Assembly (NCBI GenBank): GCA_031409275.1
Contig: JANNXA010000051.1
Span: 356,809-420,808 of the forward strand
Reading direction: 5' to 3'
DNA length: 64,000 bases
Source of the DNA: Planctomycetota bacterium
Lineage (GTDB): Bacteria > Planctomycetota > B15-G4 > SIAN01
The notes under the pieces are model-generated. The model was not told the origin of the DNA. It searched no databases and saw only the letters and a program-made list of their open reading frames with translations. Made by a program: the position numbers and the translations under genes. Shown in pieces: positions 19,944 through 28,975 of this stretch (position 1 is the stretch's first letter; each line of letters begins with the position of its first letter).

Positions 19944-21086
19944 TCATCGAAGGACGCGCTGGTAGACCAGCACGTCGCCTTGCGGCGGAACCACGACGAC
20001 CTGCGTCGTCGGCCCAGCGATCCGCCATCCCGCGGACGGCCGGATCTCGATCTCATGGCTCCCTGGAGGGAGCTCGAAGCGCAACAGTTGGACTTCGTTC
20101 GGGAGGCTCGTCCAATGCCGGGTATCGGCTTCCGCCCGCACGGCGAACGAGGTCAGCAGCAGCGCCGCTCCGGCGACGAGCGCTCCGGCCTGGTACTTCT
20201 TCGGCAGATCGTCGGCGACGAGCAACGCCCCCACTCCCGCGACCTTCGACCCGGTCTTGACCGCCGACTTGGCGTTCAGCACGGAGTCGAAGTCGCGTCC
20301 TCCGCGAGTGGTCGCTTGGAAGTAGACATCGCCCGCCTTCGCCGCTGAACCGACGCTCGCGCCATCGACCAGGACATCGATCGCGGACGGAGTGGAGCCA
20401 TCGGCGATGAAGCGGGTCTGCTCGCCATGCTCGCCGACGTTGATCTTGGTGGGACCCCGCCCGACATCGACCACGACCACGACGTTGCCTTGATTCGACG
20501 CGGCCATCGCGGCGCACTGAGGCACAAGATTGCGAGCGCTGGTGTAGCTGCGCTCGGCCATCCCAGGATCGGAGAGCTGCTCGTAGCAGAATCCTTCGAG
20601 GAAGAGCGCGGGAGCGAAGTCGCAGTCGTACGCCTCTTCGCCTTGGCCCGAATCGACGAAGATCGCGTTCTTGAACCCAGCCAACGCGTTGTCGGTCACG
20701 CCGAGCAACAAGTTCACGATCCCGAGGTAGTACGAGTTCATCGCCCGTTCGTGCGGATCGCCGCGCCACTGCTTCGACGCCTCGGATCCAAGGATTGCGC
20801 CCACCGCGTCCGAACCGCTCCCGCCAAAGCCCCCCATGATCTGCGCCGCCTCGCTGAAGAGACGGAGAGCCTCTGCGAGACCGCGCCGTTCGAGTGCAAG
20901 GACCCCAAGCTCGTTCAGGTAGAGCGCGCGCCCCTCGGCGTCGTCCTCGATCTGCGACTCGAGCTGCGATTTCGCCCGATCGCGGTCGCCGGCGTACCAG
21001 GCACGGCCCGCCGAAGCGGAGCCTGGTGACGCGCACGCCGCGCTGCCCAGCAGCAGAACAAGCGAGGTAGCGACACGCGCCCGCAT
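19944..21086 (-). CDS. TPR-containing lipoprotein (COG3014-like)
   Basis: Lipobox GSAAC, WRGDPHER, TPR helices and ADTRHWTSLPNE. Start ATG 21086. Confidence 0.7.
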   Translation of the reverse strand: MRARVATSLVLLLGSAACASPGSASAGRAWYAGDRDRAKSQLESQIEDDAEGRALYLNELGVLALERRGLAEALRLFSEAAQIMGGFGGSGSDAVGAILGSEASKQWRGDPHERAMNSYYLGIVNLLLGVTDNALAGFKNAIFVDSGQGEEAYDCDFAPALFLEGFCYEQLSDPGMAERSYTSARNLVPQCAAMAASNQGNVVVVVDVGRGPTKINVGEHGEQTRFIADGSTPSAIDVLVDGASVGSAAKAGDVYFQATTRGGRDFDSVLNAKSAVKTGSKVAGVGALLVADDLPKKYQAGALVAGAALLLTSFAVRAEADTRHWTSLPNEVQLLRFELPPGSHEIEIRPSAGWRIAGPTTQVVVVPPQGDVLVYQRVLR

Positions 21087-21117
21087 CGGAAGAGCTCCGC
21101 TTTGCCCAGGCTCCCGA

Positions 21118-21720
21118 TCAGCGATAGAGCACGCCGCGCTCGCCGACCTTCTTCCATTCGTTGTCATCCTGCCAGAGGATCGCGCCCGTCTCGGCGTCGG
21201 TGAGGCGGAAGGTCGCGACGATGTAGTCGGACTCCGCGTCTCCGTTCGTCTTGCTCAGCGACTTCAGCGTGCTGAGCAGGAAGTAGTCCGAGCCGAGCGG
21301 CGCCGCCGCGAGGTTGGGCTGGCCCTGTGCGTCGGTCGGAACGCTGACGGCGCCGCTGCGCTTGAGCGCGCGCTCGCGCTGGATGACTTCCCAGTTCTCG
21401 CGATCAACGAACTGCACGCGACCGCCCGAGTTCTGGATGAGCAGCGTCATGATGCGGTCGACGATCATCGAGTCGTTGATCTGGAACCGCGTCTCGTTCT
21501 TCGGATCTTGAACCACGACGTACGGAGTGCCGCGGGTGTAGAGCCGATCCATCGCGAGGATCGACCGCGCGATCTTGTCGGCGGTCGCTCGGATGTCTCC
21601 GGAGTCGATGCCGGTGCCACCGAGTGCGTCGTCTTGATCGGGATCGACGCGCTGGGTCGGCGAACTGCACGCCGCAAGCGAGCACATCAGCGTCGCCGCC
21701 AACCACCAAGCCTTGACCAT
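21118..21720 (-). CDS. Penicillin-binding protein activator LpoB-family lipoprotein
   Basis: SLAAC lipobox, RVDPD, GRVQFVDR, GSDYFL and FRLTDAETGAILWQD. Start ATG 21720. Confidence 0.78.
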   Translation of the reverse strand: MVKAWWLAATLMCSLAACSSPTQRVDPDQDDALGGTGIDSGDIRATADKIARSILAMDRLYTRGTPYVVVQDPKNETRFQINDSMIVDRIMTLLIQNSGGRVQFVDRENWEVIQRERALKRSGAVSVPTDAQGQPNLAAAPLGSDYFLLSTLKSLSKTNGDAESDYIVATFRLTDAETGAILWQDDNEWKKVGERGVLYR

Positions 21721-21900
21721 CGCCGCATCTCCTTTGGTGCCGCCGCGCATCGCTCGAGCCTGGGGCATCCCGTGCCGAAGGCCACCCGATCGTCCTCGCT
21801 TCCAGGCACGGAAGCAAGCGCCACTACGACGGAGCGCCTTCATCGGACAAGCGTTGGAAGCGGTTTGCGAAGCCCGCGGGAGCTCGTCGCCCGCTTCGGG

Positions 21901-21938
21901 AAATGAAACAGGGGGCGGCGCCGAAGCACCGCCCCCTG
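21901..21938 (-). terminator. Rho-independent terminator of the 21994-23613 gene
   Basis: Minus strand reads CAGGGGGCGGTGC-TTCG-GCGCCGCCCCCTG-TTTCATTT: a long GC stem, cUUCGg loop and U-rich tail. Confidence 0.88.
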
Positions 21939-21993
21939 CCAAATATCAGCTTGCTCCTCCTTGCGGAGGCTCAAACCCGATCGTGAAGCCTGT

Positions 21994-23613
21994 TCAGCTC
22001 CAGTCGATCTTCATCATCCAGTTCGCAGTCGTGAACTGGACGGCCGGCGTGGAGAAGCCATTCGCAGTGAAGTAGCTGCTCGTCGTCGGGATGCTCGTGC
22101 AAGAACCGGTCGGGTTGGCGTCATCGTCCGCACCATCCGTGTCCGACCCGATCCACACGCAGGTGTCGCCCGTCGCCCACTTCATCGCGACGACGCCGTT
22201 GGCGAGGTTCGCGAGGGTGGAGTTCGAGGAGACATTCACGTCCGGGAAGTCGTAGACGGTGGCCGGGTAGCTGAAGTCAGCCGCATTGGAGGCCATCGAC
22301 AGCGTGGTCGCCGAAGCAACCGTCGCGGCCGGGGCGCCCGGGCTCGCCGTGTTCTCTTCGTAGAGGCCGACCGAACCCCAAGACGGGCCAGTCGACGCGC
22401 CACAGAAGTCCCACGAAGCCGCTTCGACAGCGGTGACCGTGGTCACGGGGCACGGGTTACCGAGCGGATCGGTGAGGCCACCGACCGTAACGGTGAAGTA
22501 GTCCTTCGAGCTCGCCGGGTTCTGGACCTTCCAGATGTTGCCGTCGAGCGAACCGTCATCACGCTGACCGAAGCAGACGCACGGGTTGCAGTCGGCCAGG
22601 GACGGGGTCACGTTGACCGTGACCGCGTTCGTCGCCTTGACCTTCGGCTTGCCGTTCTTCTTCAGGTCGCAGTTGTCGAGGTAGAAGCCCGACACCGTGA
22701 ACTGAACGCCGGCCGGAATGCAGGGGCCGGAGGACGGATCGGACAGGAAGCCGCCGATCGTGCCCTGAGACTGGTCCGCGATCGAGGTGCTGTTCTCGTA
22801 GCCCGTCGACAGGACGAACGGGGGCACCTGGAAGAACGGATAGCCCGGGATCGTGACGCCCTGGATGTAGGCCGTCGGCTGAATCGCGCACTGCGACCAC
22901 AGGGTCGCGGCGATGAAGCCGGTCTGCGCAACATCAACGACACCCGTCGCATTATTGACGGTCATGTACGCCGAGCCGCTGCCGACGTTGCCCTTGCCGA
23001 TCACGCGAACCATGAGGTCGTGACCGGTGAGGATCGTCGCCGTCGAAGAATAGTTGCTGGACGTGAAGTAGCTGCGGCCGTCGGAGTTCGACGCGTCCGA
23101 GCAGAGCCACGTGCCCGAGTCACCCGTGAGGCAGGTGGTGACAGCGTGCAGGCCACCGGTGCCGACAGTGACGTTCGGCAGGTCGTAGCCCACGAAGCCC
23201 GGGCAGAAGCCCGAAGCCACGCCCGGGTTACCCGTGATCGTCACCGAGCCGCTGAGCGATCCGAGGATCGAGAGCGGAGCGTTGGTGTCAGGGGTCGTGC
23301 CGGTCGTGTCGATCGCGTTGTCACCGGCGAGCATCACGTACTTGATGCCGATGGTGCCGGTCGAGGTGGACTGCCAGGTGTTGAGAGCAACACCGTCGAC
23401 ATTCATCCCGCCCGCCATCTGGTCGAAGTCGACGTTGAACGCGTCGCCTGCGCCCGTCGGGTTGAACACCTTCCAAGACGTCTCCGCACCACCGTCGTCG
23501 AACAGGATCGACATCGACTGGCCGAGACCACCCACCGGCGGGACCGGGATCGTCTGCGCGGTAGCAACCGCAGAGAGACCCAGGACCGCGAGGGAAGCGA
23601 ACCACTTCCGCAT
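21994..23613 (-). CDS. Secreted Gly/Ser/Thr/Cys-rich protein with internal duplication; candidate S-layer/cell-wall protein
   Basis: Sec signal MRKWFASLAVLGLSAVATA-Q, SD AGGAGG, its own terminator, and two homologous halves. Confidence 0.8.
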   Translation of the reverse strand: MRKWFASLAVLGLSAVATAQTIPVPPVGGLGQSMSILFDDGGAETSWKVFNPTGAGDAFNVDFDQMAGGMNVDGVALNTWQSTSTGTIGIKYVMLAGDNAIDTTGTTPDTNAPLSILGSLSGSVTITGNPGVASGFCPGFVGYDLPNVTVGTGGLHAVTTCLTGDSGTWLCSDASNSDGRSYFTSSNYSSTATILTGHDLMVRVIGKGNVGSGSAYMTVNNATGVVDVAQTGFIAATLWSQCAIQPTAYIQGVTIPGYPFFQVPPFVLSTGYENSTSIADQSQGTIGGFLSDPSSGPCIPAGVQFTVSGFYLDNCDLKKNGKPKVKATNAVTVNVTPSLADCNPCVCFGQRDDGSLDGNIWKVQNPASSKDYFTVTVGGLTDPLGNPCPVTTVTAVEAASWDFCGASTGPSWGSVGLYEENTASPGAPAATVASATTLSMASNAADFSYPATVYDFPDVNVSSNSTLANLANGVVAMKWATGDTCVWIGSDTDGADDDANPTGSCTSIPTTSSYFTANGFSTPAVQFTTANWMMKIDWS

Positions 23614-23848
23614 GCGAAAATCCTCCTGAGAAGAACGAACCTATGTCTTGGGCACCGGCTTACTTGGTTTCAGCTGGGATCCCGAGGGTGACCACGCAGG
23701 ACAGTCTCGAGAGACCGAAGCGCGCGCCATCCTTGGGTGATTTTCATGTTGTCGTTGCGTCGCGGTCCGAGGACGGCAGGCCGAAGTTCGCCGCACCGTT
23801 CCGACCATCGTGGTGAGTTGGTTGGGACAACTCGACCCAGGCCGTTCG

Positions 23849-23876
23849 AATGTAGCTCGGCTTTCGGTGTCGTCAA
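23849..23876 (-). promoter_or_regulatory. Sigma70-type promoter TTGACG-N16-TACATT with upstream A-tract
   Basis: -35 at 23871-23876, -10 at 23849-23854, and an AAAAAA tract further upstream. Implies a 5' UTR of about 230 nt. Confidence 0.55.
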
Positions 23877-24420
23877 CTCGTCGGATCGAAACTTTTTTGT
23901 GCCTCGCCCAGGGCGCTGCACCTCTCAGCTCGATCAGACCGTTAGCGCAGGTTTCGACTCAAAATGTCCCAATCGTGTTCCTCGTGCGGTTCGAAGCGCG
24001 AATAATTCCGCGACCTACGTCCGCCGGACCGCCCTGATGATCGACCTCCGCACGCCAGGTCTAGTTCGGATCAGGCTCCATCCGTACGGCGACGACCGCG
24101 CATCGAGGGTCGCGCGACTTGCCCGGGCCGAGAAGCGGGTTAGAACGTGGAACCTTCTTGGAGGTTGCCACCTCTAAGAAGCGCTCTTAAGCCTGCTCGC
24201 TCGCAGGCTTGCCGGTACCCAAGTCGACGAAGCCACACTTAGTTCTATTTCCGCACCTTGCCTTGCGGGAGTCGAACTGCCGATGGTCGATCCACACGCC
24301 AGCGGCGATGGATCACGGTGTGGCCGTCAACGCAGGAAATCTTCCTGCGGCGATCGCCGGACTCGCGCTTCCCTCCCTTCCGCTTGGCGCGGAAGACCCG
24401 TTCACCAACGAGGGAAGTCG

Positions 24421-27400
24421 ATGATTTCGTCGAGCCGTTCGAACTCTCGCCGCGGCCACGCCCTGCTGTTCGCGATCCTGCTGATCGTGGCTGTGGTCGG
24501 CGCGGCCGTCGCTCTGTTTGTCCTGCGCAAGGACGCCGAGCGGCCGGCCGTCACCCCAGTCGACCGGTCAAGTCACGCCCCGAGCGAAGCGCCGACGACG
24601 CCCGCCGACGACATGAGCGCTTCGATCAAGAGCGGCGGCCGCGAACCAAAGCGCTCGGAGAAGGGGATCAACTTCAGCGTCGTCTGCCTCGGCCCAGGTG
24701 GTGCAGAGGAACCGCTCAAGGACCTCGAAGTCGTCGCGATCCCGGCCACGACCGGTGGAATCGCGCTCGAGCACCAGGTGTCTGCGCGGACTGACGCGAA
24801 AGGCACGGTGCAGTTCACGAACCTGCCCTACACGGTCTACGAGGTGCGAGCGGCCCCGGCCGGCTTCGTGCCACTCAATGTGCGCGGCGGCAGGGACGGC
24901 AAGCGCGTCGAATTCCTGTTTCAGCGCGGCGCGGTCGCCTCCGGCTCGATCCTGAATGCCGAGACCGGCGAGCCGATCGCCGACGCCTACGTGCAGATCC
25001 GTTGCGACTTCGGCAACTCATTGACGACCCAGCGCATCCAGATGGCGCTGCGCCAAGGCGTCGACCCGCGCGACATCGAGGGCTACGACCTGCTCGAGAA
25101 CCCCCGCCCGTCGTTCCGCGCGGAAGCGACCAGCGGCCCCGACGGCAAGTACACCATCGCCAGCGCTCCGTACGACCTCAACCTGCTGCTGTCCGTGGAG
25201 CATGACTCGTACTGCGCGTTCGAGGAGGTCTTTCCTGCCAACGCGGGTGAGCCCATCACGCGCGATGTGCGCCTGTTCCCGCGCGTCGACATCTTCGGCA
25301 AGGTCGTCGCCGATGATTCCGGCGATCCGATTCCCGGCGTCAAGGTCCAGGCGGCCGAAGGCGGGATTCCGCTGAGCGTGATGATCATGCTCGGCCGCGG
25401 CAGCGGCGTGATCGTCGACTCGGTCACCGACGCCAACGGCAGCTACCGGTTGAAGAACATGCCGCGCGGCAAGCAGTTCGTTTCGGTGACGTATCCGGGC
25501 TACGAAGAGTTCAACGGCGCATTCGAGATCAAGACCAACGATCCCGAGTTCCTGTACGAGATTCACCTGAAGCGCTCCGCTTCGCTCTCGGGCCGAGTGG
25601 TCGACAACGCCAACCAGCCGATCGAGGGGGTGTCGATCTACTACGCGACCTCCGAGACGCAGGTGATGGGCAGCAAGGGACTCCCTGCCGAGCCCCACGC
25701 GCGCACGGGTCCGGACGGCTCCTTCCAGCTCCGCGCCGTCCCGGTCGCGCGCACGTTCAACGTCCTCGCCCGTCATCCGGACTACGTGAACACGCAGCAG
25801 GACCACTTCGTCCTGCAAGCGGGCGAAGAGATGACCGGCGTCGAGTTGATGATGAGCCACGGCGGCTCGATCACCGGCGAAGTGGTCGACGCGCTGCGGC
25901 AACCGCTTGCTGGTGCGTCGATCGTCGCCACTCCGGTCAAGCCGGTCGGCGCACCGCTGCGCGCCGTCGTGAGCGCCGCCGACGGTTCTTGGGTGATCAA
26001 CAACACGCAGCCGGCGATCTTCGAACTCGCCTGCGAGGCTCCGGGCTACTGCAAGTCGACGCTCAACAACGTGCGCGACGTGGCAACCGGCGTGCAGTTC
26101 GTGCTGGTCAAGGAAGCGATCTACTCCGGCCGCTTCCTCACCGGCGACGGCCAGCCGATCCCGCGCTTCAAGGTGCGCCTGCGGATGTCGAACGCGCCGA
26201 AGGACAGCGAGGCGCGCGTCGAAGCCGTGCGTGATCGTGACGGCAAGTTCGAGCTCAAGGGCCTGGCGCCCGGTCTCTGGGACTTCGAGTTCACTGCGGA
26301 GAAGCTCACGCCGTTGCTCGTCTCGCGTGTCGCGCTGCGCGAAGCGGAGCGCATCGACGGTCAGGAACTCAAGGTACTCGAGGGCGGCCGCGTCGGCGGA
26401 ATCGTGAAGTCGCTCGCTGGCAAGCCGGTGCAGGCAGCGCTCATTCGAATGGACTTCCTCGAGTCGTTCTCGTCGACCGACAAGACGTTCACGACGCTGC
26501 AGGCCTCTTCGAACTCGAACGGCGAGTTCGAGATCAAGAACCTGCTGCCAGGCCGTTACCTGATCTGGGCCTCGCATCCTTCATTCGCGCCCGTCCCTGA
26601 GCGCGAGATCGTCGTCGACATGGGGCCGCGGCAAGAGATCGAGTTCTCGCTGCCGAAGCCGGCGTCGTTGCGTGTCGTCGTTCGTGACGAAGAGGGCAAC
26701 ACGGTCCCCGGCGCGAGCGTCTGGCTCTTCCAAGGCGATTCGCCGACCGATTCGGCCAAGAAGCTCGTCGGCCCCAACGGCATGGTCGGTCTGCAAGTCC
26801 CGAAGAACGACGGCGAGCGCAGCGGGATCGCGTCGGCGTCCGAGCAGATGCAAGGCACCGGCCCGAAGGTGCAGGTCGGCGAGACCGGCGAAGTGTCGTT
26901 CTCGCGCAAGGAGCCGGGCAAGTGGACGCTCTGGGTGACGGGCGGCGGCTACTACAAGTATTCCGCGCGCCTCAACCTCGAAGCGGGCAAGGAGTCGGTC
27001 CACGAAGCCGCGCTGAAGAAACTCCAGGCGGGCGTTTCTCAGCAGGACGCGTACGACGACAACAAGGCCGCGCTCGCGCAACGCAACGAGCGCAAGAATC
27101 CTGGTGTCGATGACGCTGAAGGCGCGGGCGTTCGAGAACTCACGCCGGAACAGCGTCTCGTCCTCGACATGCAGCGCGACGGCGAAGAGCTGAACGCCGA
27201 GCAGATGGAGACGCTCAAGGAAGCGCGGCGCATCCTCAAGCGTGCGCAGAGCGGCCACGACAAGAAAGAGGGCGGCGACGACGGCAAGTCGACCTCGAAG
27301 GAGGATCGCGCCAGCCGCCGCAAGGCGAGCGCCGACACCGACGGCGATGGCAAGGTCTCACCGGAGGAGCGCGAAGCGCAGAAGCAGCGCGCGGAGAAGC

Positions 27401-27462
27401 GCAAAGAGAAGAAGGCGGACGGCGAAGGCAGCGAGGGCGCCAAGGAAGGCGGCGGGCGCTGA
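24421..27462 (+). CDS. Membrane-anchored multi-domain carboxypeptidase-regulatory-like (transthyretin-fold repeat) protein with C-terminal EF-hand-like loop
   Basis: N-terminal TM, repeated G.VVD..G.PI.G(A/V) and TD.NG.Y motifs, and a charged tail containing DTDGDGKVSPEE. Start ATG 24421. Confidence 0.82.
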   Translation: MISSSRSNSRRGHALLFAILLIVAVVGAAVALFVLRKDAERPAVTPVDRSSHAPSEAPTTPADDMSASIKSGGREPKRSEKGINFSVVCLGPGGAEEPLKDLEVVAIPATTGGIALEHQVSARTDAKGTVQFTNLPYTVYEVRAAPAGFVPLNVRGGRDGKRVEFLFQRGAVASGSILNAETGEPIADAYVQIRCDFGNSLTTQRIQMALRQGVDPRDIEGYDLLENPRPSFRAEATSGPDGKYTIASAPYDLNLLLSVEHDSYCAFEEVFPANAGEPITRDVRLFPRVDIFGKVVADDSGDPIPGVKVQAAEGGIPLSVMIMLGRGSGVIVDSVTDANGSYRLKNMPRGKQFVSVTYPGYEEFNGAFEIKTNDPEFLYEIHLKRSASLSGRVVDNANQPIEGVSIYYATSETQVMGSKGLPAEPHARTGPDGSFQLRAVPVARTFNVLARHPDYVNTQQDHFVLQAGEEMTGVELMMSHGGSITGEVVDALRQPLAGASIVATPVKPVGAPLRAVVSAADGSWVINNTQPAIFELACEAPGYCKSTLNNVRDVATGVQFVLVKEAIYSGRFLTGDGQPIPRFKVRLRMSNAPKDSEARVEAVRDRDGKFELKGLAPGLWDFEFTAEKLTPLLVSRVALREAERIDGQELKVLEGGRVGGIVKSLAGKPVQAALIRMDFLESFSSTDKTFTTLQASSNSNGEFEIKNLLPGRYLIWASHPSFAPVPEREIVVDMGPRQEIEFSLPKPASLRVVVRDEEGNTVPGASVWLFQGDSPTDSAKKLVGPNGMVGLQVPKNDGERSGIASASEQMQGTGPKVQVGETGEVSFSRKEPGKWTLWVTGGGYYKYSARLNLEAGKESVHEAALKKLQAGVSQQDAYDDNKAALAQRNERKNPGVDDAEGAGVRELTPEQRLVLDMQRDGEELNAEQMETLKEARRILKRAQSGHDKKEGGDDGKSTSKEDRASRRKASADTDGDGKVSPEEREAQKQRAEKRKEKKADGEGSEGAKEGGGR

Positions 27463-27499
27463 ACGAGCCGCTCCGATCTGAAGCGCAACGAGGAAGACG

Positions 27500-28906
27500 A
27501 TGAAGCAGTCGATGCGGTCCTCTTCGCCGTGGTGGGCGGCCTTGCTGCTCGCCACGGCGAACGTGTCAGCGACAGCGCAAACGCCCCAGACTGCGCCGCC
27601 GGCGAACGGTGGCCGTGGCGCGAACAACGGCGCCGACGGCAAGCAGGTCGCAAAAACGCCACTGAGCATGCAGCCGTTCGCGCCGAACAAGTCGACGTGG
27701 GCGCGGTTCAGCGAGCACAAGATCCGAGCCGATCGCGTCGAGCCATCGGAAACGGAGCTCGCGGCGCGCTTCGGACTCGAACGCGTCGGGCCCCGCGCCC
27801 TCGATCAGGTCGTCGAGTACCGCCACCCGAAGAACGGGATGCTCTTCGTGTTCATTCCCGGCGGCACCTTCCGCATGGGATCGAATCACGGCGACATCTA
27901 CTCGAACCGGATGGTCCTCGACTCCGGGCGCCGAGGGAAGGTCGACGAAGCGTACTTCGGCCAGGAACAGCCGCAGTTCGAGATCTACGTCTCGCCGTTC
28001 TTCATCGGCGTCTACGAGGTCACCAACGCCGAGTATCGGACGTTCCTCGAAGAAATGCGGGCGGGCAAGGTGCCGGTCGAATGCGAGTGGCCGATCCTGT
28101 TCGGCCGCCCGGATCACGTCCCGTATCTGCAAGGAGATCCTCGACGCGCCCCCTTTGATGGCGATCGGCAGCCCATCGCCGGTATTTCGTGGCTCGACGC
28201 CTGGGCGTTCTCGAGCTGGATGGGTGGCCGCCTCCCGACCGAGGCCGAATGGGAGAAGACGGCGCGTGGCACCGATGGCCGCACGTTTCCGTGGGGCAAC
28301 CAGTTCGATGCGATGCGCCTCAACGTCGCGGAGAGCCAGAATCACAAGTCGCTCGCCGTCGGCACGTTTCCAGGCGGACGCAGTCCCTACGGCTGCTTCG
28401 ACATGGGTGGCAACGTCTCCGAGTACTGCGTCGACGCCTTCGAAGAGACCCTCTTTCGCGTGCTGCCGTTGAGCAACCCTTGTCTCCTGGAACGCTACCC
28501 GCCCCGCGATCAGCGCGCTCAGCGCGGCGGCAACTGGAACCGCTTCGGGCTTCTCTACAAGGCGCGCGGCAGCGCCCGTGCATGGAGCAAGATGACGCCG
28601 GCCTACCCCGATCCACACAAGGAGTCGATGGACACCTTTCCGGTGACGGAGTACCTCTACAGCGGAATGCGTGTCTGTTTGCCGACCTCGGTCGACGTCT
28701 TCCCGGACGGAGCCAAAGAACAGCTGATGGCGCAGGCCAAGGCGGTTCGCGATCAACGCATCGAGGCGCTGCGCAAGAAGCAGGAAGCGACCGGCAAGCG
28801 CGAAGGCGCGCCGAACGTGCCGGGATTGCCGGGCACGGTGCCGGCCCCCGAGTCCGGCACGGACCCGGACGATGACGGCGGCGGTGGATCGCGGCGCGAT
28901 CGCTGA
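27500..28906 (+). CDS. Secreted FGE-sulfatase (SUMF1/EgtB/PvdO fold) domain protein
   Basis: IPGGTFRMGS, YEVTNAEY, RLPTEAEWEKTARG, FPWG, SPYGCFDMGGNVSEY and RGGNW, plus a signal peptide. Confidence 0.88.
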   Translation: MKQSMRSSSPWWAALLLATANVSATAQTPQTAPPANGGRGANNGADGKQVAKTPLSMQPFAPNKSTWARFSEHKIRADRVEPSETELAARFGLERVGPRALDQVVEYRHPKNGMLFVFIPGGTFRMGSNHGDIYSNRMVLDSGRRGKVDEAYFGQEQPQFEIYVSPFFIGVYEVTNAEYRTFLEEMRAGKVPVECEWPILFGRPDHVPYLQGDPRRAPFDGDRQPIAGISWLDAWAFSSWMGGRLPTEAEWEKTARGTDGRTFPWGNQFDAMRLNVAESQNHKSLAVGTFPGGRSPYGCFDMGGNVSEYCVDAFEETLFRVLPLSNPCLLERYPPRDQRAQRGGNWNRFGLLYKARGSARAWSKMTPAYPDPHKESMDTFPVTEYLYSGMRVCLPTSVDVFPDGAKEQLMAQAKAVRDQRIEALRKKQEATGKREGAPNVPGLPGTVPAPESGTDPDDDGGGGSRRDR

Positions 28907-28975
28907 AGCTCGCGTCCTGACCTCGACTTTCGCAGCACCGTTCGAGGCGCGACGTCGCTGGCGACCCGCCGGCGA

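Noticed and set aside
27500..28906. Diversity-generating retroelement target, or sulfatase maturase for the 13-18 kb genes
   Set aside because: No reverse transcriptase or TR/VR repeat is present in the window. The catalytic Cys pair is absent, and the sulfatase-like proteins lack C/SxPxR.
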